The translations under genes and the position numbers were made by a program. A DNA stretch of 64,000 nt from Prorocentrum cordatum. Taxonomy: Eukaryota. Every line of letters starts with the position of its first letter. The first letter of the stretch is position 1. Under the pieces are notes generated by a model. It was given only the letters and a program-made list of their open reading frames with translations, ran no database searches and was not told where the DNA came from. The stretch lies in NCBI GenBank assembly GCA_963575745.1, contig CAUYUJ010000228.1, forward strand, positions 1 through 64,000, read 5' to 3'. Positions 1 through 10,668 of the stretch are shown here, piece after piece.

Positions 1-495
1 GAGAGCTCTCGCAGCCAGGGGCAGGTGGTTACGATGATCCTCGAAGATGTGCATGAATCCATTGAAAGCCAAACTCCCACTCGCATAACCCAATCCACGT
101 ACGTAGCAGAGGTCCGAGAGGTATGATGCCAGGGCCTTGTCACGCTGGTGCATCGTCTCGAACGGAACGCCCAGCCTCTTGGTGTCGATGAGGAAGTCCC
201 TGACAGCCTTCTCGTACACCACGTTCGTCTTGTCGTCGACCGCGTGGATCGCCAGCCTGTTGTTGAACTTCAACGTGTCGGTGGCCGCGTTCGCCCAGGC
301 CAGGGCCCCCCTGGTCTTCAAGGGCGGCGGTCTCGATGTCGACCGAACAGCTCCGACGGTGTGCACGAGGCCCAAGATGATCAGGAAGAGGTGAGCTGGC
401 CGTGATCTCGTCGAACCACTCCGCGGGGGCCAGGGCCCGAAGGCCCACTCCTCGGGCCCCTCTCGCGTCTCGGCCAGCTCCATCCGATAAATCAT
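1..495 (-). CDS. Tyrosine recombinase, N-terminal/core-binding part (partial; absent from the ORF track because it has no stop inside the window)
   Basis: Manual translation from ATG at 495: MIYRMELAET...RLAIHAVDDKTNVVYEKAVRDFLIDTK...DKALASYLSDLCY...HLPLAARAL, open to position 1. It resembles the helical N-terminus of DIRS YRs and directly follows Pol. The catalytic domain would lie outside the window. Confidence 0.7.
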   Translation of the reverse strand, partial: MIYRMELAETREGPEEWAFGPWPPRSGSTRSRPAHLFLIILGLVHTVGAVRSTSRPPPLKTRGALAWANAATDTLKFNNRLAIHAVDDKTNVVYEKAVRDFLIDTKRLGVPFETMHQRDKALASYLSDLCYVRGLGYASGSLAFNGFMHIFEDHRNHLPLAARAL

Positions 496-3413
496 CACGT
501 CGAGGGCCTCCCCAGCATCATCCTCACAGCCTTCGGGGTGTGTCGCCACTTGTGCTCCTCCTTCGTCGCCTCCGCCGCTCCGATCCCCAGTCCACGACTC
601 GGTCCGTCGGCCACGTTGTCCTCCGATGCAACCCATCTCGTACACAGCTTGATGCCACACACCAGCACCACTGCTGCCGCTTGCCTTGCCAGACGCAGTA
701 AGCCAGCCGCTGATGACCGTCCTTTGGCCAGCACTCCCATGGATACCAGGGAGTCCGAAAACGCCAGTACCCTCATGCCCCAGCAGGGCCTCGATCGGGA
801 AAGGTGACGAAGCAAGGCAACGATCGTGCGCAGCTCGAGGATGTTGTTGTGCTCCTCCTTGGCCCACTTCCCCTGAAACAGCAGGGCCCACCTCGAAACC
901 CTCGTCCATGAGGCAGAAGCGGGTAGGGCCTGACCCCTTGCCCGCACGATCTTCAGCTGCCCCTCCTCGATCTTCGCCTGGGCCCCCGTCGAGACTCTGC
1001 ACCAATCGGGCAAGATCTCCGCCACGGTCTCGCCGTACAACATCCGCCAGGCAGTGCCGTAGCTGAAGTCCGTCTCCCCCGTGCCTGACCAGGTCCCAGG
1101 TCCCTCCACACTGTGCAGCCTCGAGAACCGCTTGTCGTTGGTCACCAGCAGCATCCCCGACAACGCGTCGCCGCAGGTGTAGCCGTAGACCCCGTCCAGC
1201 CCCAAAAAGTCGGACCAGACCTCGTCGATAAATCGTCTGTGCCGCAGGATCGCCGTGAAGATGAGGCCTTCCCTGCGCATCAGCTTGGCCACCTCCAGCG
1301 CCATGTGCTGTGCGATGGCATCCTTGCCCGGCTGCAGGTGCGCCAGCCACCACCAACGCCTCCTGATCCGTCCGAAGAGCCGCTCGAGCTCGCTCGGGAT
1401 CATCAGGTCGTAGTTCGGGCCGCGCAGGATCTCTGAGGCCTCGCACCAGATGCCCTCGATCGTCCTCAGGTCGTCCGTCAGCGCCTCGACGCCCGAGTAG
1501 AGCTCGAGGAAGCCTGGTATCCCCGCTGGGGGGTGGATGACCTCGTCGTCCTCCTGGCCAGCCATCTCGACCTCCTGCTCTATCTCGCCAAAGACCTCCT
1601 CGGTCCTCATCTCCCAGACCTGGTGGTTCCCCTTGCTCATCTCCGCGCGGCACTCGCTCGAAGTGGCCTCGGTCTGCACGATCCCGTACCCCTCCTCGGA
1701 GGCGTCCGTCATGAACACCTTGGGGTACCAGTCGGCCTCGAGGGTGGAGGTAAAGTAAACCGAGAGGCTCGCCAGCGCCATCAGCTCGGACACGACGTCC
1801 TGGGGGAGCCTCAGCTTCACGTCCCACTCGTCCCCCATGTGCTCCTGCACCCACGAGTAGATCGCGCTGAGGATCGCGAAGCCAGACCGAGAGATCATAA
1901 GACACCAGGTCCACATCCCCAGCAAAGACGACAGACGCGATGGTGTGGTGCTCCCAGCTATCACGATGGCCTCCGTCGCCAGGACCAGCTCCTTCATCTT
2001 TTCGGGCTGTATCATCACGGTGTATGGCCGTCCTCGGATAGTCAGGCCCAACCCCCTCGTCATCCCAGGCCCCCAGTCCTCCTTGTGAACCTGCAGGCCC
2101 TTCGCCTCGAGAGAGCCCTTGACGATGTCCTTGTCTATCTGGATGTCGCTGTCCTTCGCGTCCAGGATCCTGAAACCGATGTAGTCGTCGATGTAGAGCA
2201 TCAGGATCAGCGAGGCCTTCTCGAAGGAGGGGGTCGGGCGCCCATACGCCAGCTCCGCCACCTCGTAGCCCTGCACGTCCCTGAGGCACTCGGTGAGGCA
2301 GGAGTGGGCCAAGAAGACAGCCCAGGAATGACCCATCACGGGTGCGATGGCTCCAACACCCACGCTCGTCCCCAAGGGCTCCTCTATCGGCCTCCCCACT
2401 TCGCAGGAACACCTCCACAGTTCCCTCGGGGAGACGTCCTCCAGCACACAAAACTCCGCCAACTTGCTGTTCCATCTCAGCCTGTAAAACCAATCTGGAA
2501 TGTCCCCCGCGAACGAGAAGAGCTCCTTCGTACCCAGCACGTCGGGAGACAAATCCAGTGAACTCAGCGCACTCGGTGACCCCAGTCCCGTCCACGGCGG
2601 CCTCCGAAACCTCAGGTTGAGACGCCGGCAGTCCCAGACGAGCCGCGATGACTCCACCCGGCCCTCGCCGTCCTGACTCAGGTTCTTCACCACCGTGAAC
2701 ACGCCCACCCGCTCCTCGATGTGGTCGACGTACGACAACATTCCCCCCTCCCACATGCGTAGGCTCAGCTCGAGACGGTTCTTCTTGTTCCTCCACCCTG
2801 GGTCGCAGTAGCTCGTCATCCCCCGATACTTGACCCAGTCGATCTCGTCGTCCGTCCTCAGCATGAGCCCCGCCACGTTCCCCAGGTAGGGAGTCGCGGC
2901 CGCCGACAGCTTCGATATGGGTAGGCCCCTGACGCCCCGTCGAGGGACAGACACCTGCCCCGCCAGGAGGTCGCACAGGTCCCCCTTCTTCAGTCGTCCA
3001 GTTGTCCGTGCCGTCTGCCCGACACCGCCATAGTCCATCATTCTTCCCGCGCCCAGGCGGCCGAGAACCGCCCTGCCATCGCTGATGCTCCCCCAGTCGG
3101 CTCTCAGCACCAACTTCGACCAGAGCTCGTTGATGATCGTCCTCTGCGTCGGCGTCGCGCTCGCCCAGGTGGACGGCGGATAGTCGACCCTCAGCTCCTC
3201 CACTACCTTGCAGTGCCCTCGAGCCAAAGACCTTATCGCCGCCGTCGCCCTGGCCAGCCTCAGCCACGTCACCCTGCGTTCCCTCTCCGTCAAGTGGGGA
3301 TCTCTCCCCGCCATCGCCGCGTAGGGCGGCGTCGGGAGGTCTCGCAGTGGATCGCGCTGACGATCGCACGTAGCAGCCCCAGCCATCGGGGAGCAACTGG
3401 ACATGCAGTCCAC
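495..3413 (-). CDS. DIRS-type Pol: reverse transcriptase + RNase H with an internal methyltransferase-like insertion
   Basis: 972-aa uninterrupted ORF. RT motifs RLVWDCRRLN, GDIPDWFYRL, PVMGHSWAVFLAH, LYIDDY. RNase H motifs FMTDASEEGYG, HNNILELR, AFSDSLV, WVASEDNVADGPSR. FLELYSG-containing insert between TDAS and HNNILE. Confidence 0.9.
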   Translation of the reverse strand: MDCMSSCSPMAGAATCDRQRDPLRDLPTPPYAAMAGRDPHLTERERRVTWLRLARATAAIRSLARGHCKVVEELRVDYPPSTWASATPTQRTIINELWSKLVLRADWGSISDGRAVLGRLGAGRMMDYGGVGQTARTTGRLKKGDLCDLLAGQVSVPRRGVRGLPISKLSAAATPYLGNVAGLMLRTDDEIDWVKYRGMTSYCDPGWRNKKNRLELSLRMWEGGMLSYVDHIEERVGVFTVVKNLSQDGEGRVESSRLVWDCRRLNLRFRRPPWTGLGSPSALSSLDLSPDVLGTKELFSFAGDIPDWFYRLRWNSKLAEFCVLEDVSPRELWRCSCEVGRPIEEPLGTSVGVGAIAPVMGHSWAVFLAHSCLTECLRDVQGYEVAELAYGRPTPSFEKASLILMLYIDDYIGFRILDAKDSDIQIDKDIVKGSLEAKGLQVHKEDWGPGMTRGLGLTIRGRPYTVMIQPEKMKELVLATEAIVIAGSTTPSRLSSLLGMWTWCLMISRSGFAILSAIYSWVQEHMGDEWDVKLRLPQDVVSELMALASLSVYFTSTLEADWYPKVFMTDASEEGYGIVQTEATSSECRAEMSKGNHQVWEMRTEEVFGEIEQEVEMAGQEDDEVIHPPAGIPGFLELYSGVEALTDDLRTIEGIWCEASEILRGPNYDLMIPSELERLFGRIRRRWWWLAHLQPGKDAIAQHMALEVAKLMRREGLIFTAILRHRRFIDEVWSDFLGLDGVYGYTCGDALSGMLLVTNDKRFSRLHSVEGPGTWSGTGETDFSYGTAWRMLYGETVAEILPDWCRVSTGAQAKIEEGQLKIVRARGQALPASASWTRVSRWALLFQGKWAKEEHNNILELRTIVALLRHLSRSRPCWGMRVLAFSDSLVSMGVLAKGRSSAAGLLRLARQAAAVVLVCGIKLCTRWVASEDNVADGPSRGLGIGAAEATKEEHKWRHTPKAVRMMLGRPST

Positions 3414-3584
3414 GATGAGAGATGCCCACAGTCTGGTAGAGCTGCGCCCCGATATACAAGTGGACGAAGACCACCAGGACGCAACTAATCACACGTGCCG
3501 AGCCACGCTCAACAGCGCGACAGTCCCAACCCCTCGTAGCCGTCGAACACCTTCCTAGACTCTGGGCGATCAAGCTACACGGAC

Positions 3585-5690
3585 TTATGCACAGTGTGCT
3601 GGCTTGGCAAGAGGTAGCCGTGAAACCTCCTGCCGCAACCTATTCGTCCGCATGGCCACGACCGCCTGCCTCGCCGAGCCCGCCGAGGTGCTTGCTGATC
3701 GCAGCCTTCCGCTTGAGACGCTCCGCCACCTCGTCGTCCGCCGCCAGCACGCCAGGGCTGTCTGCCTCGCTAGGTCCAGGAACTCCTCCGCGTAGGCCCA
3801 GTTCACCTTGGACTTCCACTTGCTGCCATTCGCCGACTTCGGGCGTCGCCAGTCCGACTCCTGCTCGACGAGCTCGTAGGCCTTGAAAATCGAGTACAAT
3901 CGCAAGCACGTGAGCTCGGCCGCCTGTGAGTTGATCAGGGAGTCGAACTCGCCCGCCGACATCATCTTGTCCAAGACAGCCCCGAGCATGTACACCTCCG
4001 ACGCGATGGAGCACTTGATGAGCTCCTTCTGCCTGAGCCAGTCATCCAGCTCGGCCCGAGCGCCCCGCCCTGACTTGTAGAGACGTGCAAGCACCGTCGG
4101 CGCGACCCGAGCCTGGACCCCCCCGACACGCCCCCCGTCCACCTCGCGGTAGGACTTGAGCGTGGCGAGCAGCCCGTCCTTCGGGTTGCGGGCCTCGATC
4201 TCGAGCTGCGCCACGGTGTCGCGCACCCCCGCGGATCCCGCGGAGATCTTGTCCCAGCTCGTAGGTGTCGAAGAGGCCGACGTCGGCGCACTCCCCTTGG
4301 TGGCACGGCCCGAGTCCTCAGAGACCACACGCTCATGCTCCTGCAGCTTCTTCAGGAAGGCGTCCACCTGGGTACCTGAGGGCTTCTCGGGCTGCTGCTC
4401 CTCGCTGTCGCTCTCGAACTGGAGGCGCCTGGGCGGCTTCTTCGGCGTAGACGCTTCGTCCTGGCCGGCGCCCGTCTTCCCAGCCATCACCTCGGCCAAA
4501 GAGGCGACGCTCGCCTGGAGCGCCGACTGCCCCCTAGCAAGCTCTGCATAGAGGTGGCGCGCATCAGGCTCGTCGTCCGAGTCGGGCACCTGGGTCCCCG
4601 CCACGTAGTCCGAATCCGAGGCCTCACTCTCCGTGTCAGAGTCTCCTGCCCAGAGCTTGCGACCGCCGTGGAACATCCAGAACAAGACGTAGGCGCCTGC
4701 CACCGCGCAGCCCAGGGTGGTGACGATCGTCTCGAGCTCGCCACTCTCCCACATTTCCTCGGCCATCTCGTAGTACTGCCCTGCCTCATGAGCCGCTTCA
4801 CCTGCCGTGACGACCATGTCGTAGAAGGACTTGAGCGCCGAGCCCAGCCCCAACGCCCGCCAGGCGCGCCAGCCCAGGAACCCCGCTGCCACGCAGAACC
4901 CGCCAGAGCGGCGGAGCCACACGAAGCTCGCCAGGTTGATGGCGCCCCCGACAGCCCACCACAGGAAGTGCTCCTTCTTCTTGCCAGCCCTCTTGGACTT
5001 CGGGGGCGCCTTGGCCTTGGGGCTGGGCTTGTGCGCGGCCCCCTCACCCTCCAGCTCCCGCCTCGCGATGAGCTTCTCCGAGGCCGCCAGCACGAGGTCA
5101 CGCGAGGCCGCGCTCAGCCCAGGATGCTCCGTCCAGTGGATGCCGACCCTGGGTTTCGTGAAAACCCTGTCCTTGTCACGGACATTGACGACCTGGACCC
5201 GTAGTGTCGGGTCCGCACACGTCCAGAGAGTGCTGTTCGACTTGCCGATCTTGCTGATCAGCAGCATGACGCTGCCGCTGCTGCTGCCCGTCTTGAGGTA
5301 GATGCGGTTCCAACGCGCCCACGGCGCCATGACGACCGACGCCTTCGTTCCCACGATGATCACCTGCCCCGCAGCGTCCTCGTAGTCCGTGCCGTCGCCC
5401 TCGGCCAGCTAATCTTTTTATTTTTTTTTTTCATTCTTGTTTTTTTTATTTTTCATTTTTTCGTTTTTTTTTTATATTGTTTTTTTTCTCTGTGCATTAC
5501 TTTTTCTAATTGTTTTGTGTTTGTTTTTATTTTTTTTATAATTTTTTTTGTTTCTCTTAGGTCCGCCTCCGCGAACCCGAAGAACGGGCGGCCCTCCTCC
5601 GCGATGTCGGGCCCGATCCAGCCCGCCGCGCAGGCCGCGATGTACCACCGCGCCCTCGTGGTGACGAGGGTCTGGGCCCTCCGCTGGGGA
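3585..5690 (-). pseudogene. ORF1 (gag-position protein) of element A, with a probable frameshift near 3770 and interrupted by a T-rich tract at 5410-5559
   Basis: 592-aa ORF 3585-5363 upstream of Pol. An alternative C-terminus (SEADSPGVLAADDEVAERLKRKAAISKHL, stop at 3640) lies in another frame. The frame is open to about 5408, and codon-biased sequence resumes right of the T tract (TLVTTRARWYIAACAAGWIGPDIAEEGRPFFGFAEAD, 5561-5690). Confidence 0.6.
5410..5559. repeat. T-rich low-complexity tract (probable sequencing or assembly artefact); a similar short tract lies at 7243-7294
   Basis: Abrupt switch from GC-rich coding sequence to interrupted poly-T and back. Confidence 0.7.
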
Positions 5691-6214
5691 TGGCCGGCCG
5701 TCGGGCGCCGCCCGACACGTGCAATCTGCCAAAAAGGAGACGGCTCTGCCCTCGGGTCCGCTGGGACCCCAAGCTTCTAGAGCCGAAATCTTGAGGACGG
5801 CAAAGCCGAGAGAAGACACAGAAGAGGACGGCACGAGGGGAGGGGAACAAGCAGTATAAAAGAGCGTTATAATAACATTTAATTTGTCTGTGGATCCCGT
5901 CTTGTAGGTGACTCAGACACCGCGCTCGTGGAAGCCTGCGCCAAACCTGGGGGCTCTGCAGGGCGACTGGGCCGCTGGCGCCCGCTGCAGGGCGCAGCCG
6001 TGGCCGGCGGGAGCGGTGGACCTCCGCGGCGCGGAGGCTCGCAATGGCGCGCTCTCAGGTGGCCACCAACCAGTGCGCACGTCCAGGCTGTGCCAGACCT
6101 CACGAGCTGGGGTGCCGACGTCCCGAGTTTCCGCCGGCGAGTGGCAGCCTCGCTGTCGTGAAGGCCTCCATGCCGCCGCCTGGCGCCACGGTGGTACTTC
6201 TCGGTTGCCCGCAG

Positions 6215-6841
6215 CCGTGGGCGATTTGCGTCTTGACGCGGTGCAGAAGCCCGGTGGCGAGGATGCGGCCGCGGCCGTCGTCGCGGCCGTGTCGCTCCAG
6301 CAGAAGGCACCGCCGACCCTGGAACTGGGGGCCCCTGGCACCTGGATTTTGCGCGGGGCCCACTCTACTGGAGCGCGCCGACCGCGCGCCCTTGCTACGC
6401 GCGCCCCTCCGCGGGCCCTCCGCTACCCCAACAGCGGGGCTCGTCGGGGGCCAAGGCCACCGCGGCATCGCGGCCCGGGCCAGCGGAGCCACTCGCACAC
6501 GTTCGCACGCGGTCGGCTGGAGCATGACCCGCCCGATCTCATCCGGGCGGGAATTCCCCGAGCTTGCGTCTCCAGGCGGGCCCCGCGGAGGGCTCGCCGT
6601 GCCGGGCCGACGGCGCAGAGCTCCCTGCCGTCGACGAGGGCGCGGGCGCGCCGTCCGAGGGCGAAGGCGTGCCCTGGGCCGACGAGCGGGTCCACGGGGC
6701 ACCAGGCGCCGCCGCCTCCTCCCACGAGCTGAGGCCGCGCGCTTCGCGGGCGGCCGCAACCCTCGCGGCGGCGACGCCGTCCCAGTCCGACGGCGCAGAG
6801 ACCTTGCGGGCGCGGGCCTCACGGGCGGCCGCCGCGCCTCG
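6215..6841 (+). CDS. Tentative host-gene exons (6215-6306 and 6576-6841) encoding an Ala/Pro/Gly-rich sequence of unknown function
   Basis: AAG|GC donor at 6306/6307 and CAG|G acceptor at 6575/6576 join in phase 0 (VSLQQK-AGPAEGSP). The CG|GT donor at 6841/6842 is phase-compatible with a candidate exon at 11000-11090 (CAG|G...CAG|GT; DLGIISEGVGTVGSNLAAPSSVSTDGSSAQ). No homology recognised. Confidence 0.3.
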
Positions 6842-7507
6842 GTGTGGCGGCCTCCGCGCGCGCCAGACACAGCATCGGCGCGGCGCGTTGGAGGCTCAGA
6901 CCCGCGGGCCCCGCGCCATTGCTGCGCGGCACACCGCGGAGCTGCCTGCACCGATGGGCCGCCCTCCGCGCCGCGCGGGTCCGCCGTGCTCAGCAGGCGA
7001 CCGCCGTTGCGACGCCCCGCGGCGGCACCGACCCCGACCCCCGAGGCCCCACGAACAGCTCACGTGGGAACCGCGGCCTTGGCCTGGCATCGCTCGGACC
7101 GGTGCATGATATTTCGGCGAGGACCATCGAGGAGCATCCTGGATCATTTGGCGAAGAAGCACGCGCGAAACCGAAACATGCACGGTGCATGGACGTCCGA
7201 GCGATGGCAAGTTGGCGCAGAGATTTACCTTCTGCCACCGCTTTTCTTTTTTTTTTCTTTTTCATTCTTTCTTTTTTTTTGTTTTTTTTTTTTTCCCACC
7301 GCCCCAGGCTCGCATCACAGTTGAGCCCGCCCAGCTCACTGGGCGTCTCACCCCTGCACTGCGCAGTTCGCTTCGCTGTGGCCCAGCGCTCGCCACGACC
7401 GACCCGCGGGTCCGCCGAGTCCGAGAGAAGAAGTGCCCCGTCCCTGCCCATCCGCGCGCGGTGTCTGGCGCCCGGGACTGCCAGCGTTGTTCCACAGTGT
7501 GTGGGGG

Positions 7508-7890
7508 TCGGCTGCGCGTAAAGGGGTGACTTTTCGCTGGAGTGGCTTCTGGTGCGGGCTAACAGGGGTGGCCCCAGCACTGGCCCGCGCGCTTGGAGCT
7601 GGGTTTTCCGCCGTCCCTTGACGCGGGGACGATTTGTATCCATATCCACTGCGTCTTGGTTTTTCTGTGCATGGGCGCCAACAGGCCGCGGCGCAGTGGA
7701 CAAGGATAAACATCGGACCTCTCGGGGCTGAGCTGTTTTTACTCCATGTCCACGGCGCCTCTTGCACTGGAGGAGGGGCGCTCGAACCCCCCAGGACGCA
7801 GTGGATCTGGATGCAGACTCTCCTGCCCGCGCCCGGAGCCGCGCACCAAAGGCCACCCTTGCCTATAGGGTCCCTCTTGCGTGCAGCCGA
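7508..7890. mobile_element. MITE family B (TIR 5'-TCGGCTGCRCG...), 383 bp
   Basis: Imperfect ~45-bp TIRs (tcggctgcgcgtaaagggg... / ...ctcttgcgtgcagccga) flanked by GGGGG on both sides (7503-7507, 7891-7895). Same ends as the 11448-11632 element. Confidence 0.75.
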
Positions 7891-7957
7891 GGGGGGGAGT
7901 CCCTCTGGCGTCTGCTCCCTGGGAGCCCACGTGGCCCCCGGCGCTGTCCGACTTGGG

Positions 7958-8915
7958 GGAGGAGGAGGAGGAGGAGGAGGAGGAGGAGGAGGAGGAGGAG
8001 GAGGAGGAGGAGGAGGAGGAGGAGGAGGAGGATGAGGAGGAGGAGGAGAGGAGGAGGAGGAGGAGGCGGATGGGAGCGGAGGGTGGAGGCGGAGGCGGAG
8101 GAGGAGGAGGAGGAGGAGGAGGAGGAGGCGGAGGAGAGGAGCGGAGGAGGAGGAGGGGAGTGAGGAGAGGAGGAGGAGGAGGAGGCGGCGGAGGAGGAAG
8201 AGAGGAGGAGGAGAGCAGGAGGAGGAGGAGGAGGAGGGGAGGAGGAGGAGGAGGAGTGAGGAGGAGGAGGAGGAGGAAGGAGGAGGGGAGGAGGAGGAGG
8301 GGAGGCGGAGGAGGAGAGGAGGAGGAGGAGGAGGAGGAGGAGGAGGAGGAGGAGGCGGAGGCGGAGGCTGAGCGCGGAGGCGAAGGCGGAGGAGGGAGGA
8401 GGAGGAAGGAGTAAGGAGGAGGAGGAGAGGAGGAGGAGGAGGGAGGACGGAGGAGGAGAGGAGGAGGAGGAGGAGGAGGAGGGGGAGGAGGCGGAGGGAG
8501 GCGGATGGCGGAGGCGGAGGAGGAGGAGGCGGAGGAGAAGGAGGCGGAGGAGGAGGAGGCGGAGGAGGAGAGGCGGAGGAGGCAGGGCTGGAGGAGGAGG
8601 AGGAAGGAGGAGGAGGAGGAGAGCGGAGGAGGAGGAAGAGGAGAGGAGGAGGAGGAGGTAGGAGGAGAGGAGGAGGCGGAGGAGGAGGAGGAGAGGAGGA
8701 GGAGGAGGAGGAGGAGGAGGAGGCGGAGGCGGAGCGGAGGCGGAGAGGAGGAGGAGCGAGGAGGAGGAGGAGGAGGAGGAGGGAGGAGGAGGAGGCGGAG
8801 GAGGAGGAGGAGGAGGAGGATGAGGAGGAGGAGGAGGAGGAGGAGGCGAGGAGGAGGAGGAGGAGGAGGAGAGAGGAGGAGGCGGAGAGGAGGCGGAGGG
8901 AGGAGGAGGGGGGGG
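7958..8915. repeat. Degenerate (GAG)n microsatellite
   Basis: About 950 bp of GAG/GCG triplets; source of the poly-E/G/R/P ORFs. Confidence 0.95.
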
Positions 8916-9109
8916 GGCGACGGCCCAGGAGGGGCCCGACGCCTCCGCGCCGCGGCGCCCTCCATGGGCCCCACCCGGGGCCTTCGGCGCGGCCTGCCGC
9001 CCTCCGCTGCGCGGGGTGCCTGCCTCCGCTGCCGCTTCCGCGCTCTGCCGCGACGCCCCCGTCGGCCACGCGGTCTCTCCGACGCTGCCGCCTGTGCTAT
9101 CTGCCGCCT

Positions 9110-9646
9110 CCTCCCTCCTACCCCTTCTTCCCTGCCCCCATCCTCTACCTTCCCGTGCCTTCCCCCTCTCCATCCTCTCCTCCCCCTACTCCCCCATCTC
9201 CCCTTCTTCCCTGCCCTCTTCTCCTCCGCGTCCTGTGCCCGATCCCTCCCTCTTCTCTCCCCCCGTCCCCCTTTCTGTCTCTTCCTGATCCTCCTCCTCT
9301 GCCCTTTGTGTCCCCTTCCCTCGTGCCCTCTCTGCGCTGCTCATCTCTCCCGTTCCCCGTGCTGTCTTGTTCCCCTTCTCCCTCCGTCCTCCCTCCTCCC
9401 TTCTCCTTCTTCCCTCCGTCCCTCCTCCCTTCTTCACCTTCTCTCCTCTTCTCCCTTCTCCACCTTTTTCCCTTCTTCACCTTCTTCCCTCCTCCTTTCT
9501 TCCCTCCTCCCTTCTCCTTCTTCCCCTCTTCCCGTCTTCCCTCCTCCTCCTCCTTCTCCCCTCCTCCCTCCTCCCTCCTCCCTGTGTGTGTGTGTGTGTG
9601 TGCGTGTGCGTGTGCGTGTGCGTGTGCGTGTGCGTGTGCGTGTGCG
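9110..9646. repeat. C/T-rich low-complexity tract followed by (GT)n and (GCGTGT)n
   Basis: Direct inspection of the sequence. Confidence 0.9.
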
Positions 9647-9647
9647 T

Positions 9648-9688
9648 AAATCGCGGGGGTAGGGGTAGGGTTCGCAGGTGGTCCCCTA
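9648..9688. mobile_element. Solo, diverged right TIR of MITE family A
   Basis: aaatcgcgggggtaggggtagggttcgcaggtggtccccta matches the right arm at 10780-10821; no left partner found nearby. Confidence 0.65.
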
Positions 9689-10668
9689 TCTGCCTTCATG
9701 TCGTGACAGGGGGAAGCGAACGTGCGGCATGCTTTTGCGTGCGCATGCGGTCGCGAGCGGACATGGTCGATACAAGCACACGCGTCCAGATCCCATGTGC
9801 ACGCGCCAATGTGCTCGTACATATGCACACGCGCGCACATGTAGACGAACGCCTACACAGCTGCCTCCAGTCAGTTCTGCACGTTTCGGCTGCCGATTTT
9901 GCGGCTGCAGCGCGAGTTCATTTTGCGCTGAATTCTCGTTGAAGCGCAAAACCATATTGTTGATTTTCCCGCCGGTGCCTAGCGTGTTTGTTATTCCTTC
10001 ACACTTGATTTTGGAATTTTGCTCCCGCTGCTCATGAATCGCGCTCTCGCTGCTCATGAATCGAGCTCTCGCTTGGGACTTCATCACAAGTTAGTCAGAC
10101 ATCGCGCCCGCGCCACTCGGGCACTGCACTCTCGCCCAGCACTCCCTCACACGTTACTCGGGAGTTGCGCTCTCGCCCGATACGCCCCCACGACTCATCC
10201 TGGAAGCGCGCTTCGAAGTCCCGCCTGCCCCACCCGCCCGGCAGGGTCCGGCCGCCCTATCCGCTCTCCGGGGCCGCTAAATCAGGGCTAGGATCGGGAT
10301 ACATCGATCCAGAGCGTTGCGGAGCGCTCTCAGAGCGTTCCGGAACGCTCTGGAGCGGCCGCGGCTCCCAATACATCCTCCAAACCCGCCGATTTTCAGA
10401 GATTTCGAGTTATCCCGATCCGATTTTGTCCCGATCTTCGCGTCGTTTTAGCCGCCCTCCCGACCCGCCCGTTGGGGTCCACCCGCCCGGCCCGCCCGTA
10501 GGCCGCCCGCTCTCGTGCCCCACCCGGCCCGCCCGCGAGGGGCCGCCCGAGCCGCCCGTCGGGGTCCGCCCGCCGAGCGAGCCGCCCGCTTCGGTGTCCC
10601 GCCCGGTCAGTCCGTGAGGGCCCGCCCGCCCGACCCGCTCGTCATGCCCTGCCTGGGTGTAGCCAGGT

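Larger units (their letters stand above)
1..5860 (-). mobile_element. DIRS-like tyrosine-recombinase retrotransposon A (ORF1/gag-like - RT/RNase H with MTase-like insert - YR), running off the left edge of the window
   Basis: Three co-oriented minus-strand ORFs in DIRS order: gag-position ORF, RT-RNase H without integrase or aspartic protease, then a YR-like N-terminus. The right boundary is approximate (AT-rich stretch near 5850-5885). Confidence 0.85.

Noticed and set aside
7348..9662. 400-570-aa Pro/Ser/Leu/Glu-rich ORFs
   Set aside because: Translations of (GAG)n and CT-rich tracts, open in multiple frames on both strands.
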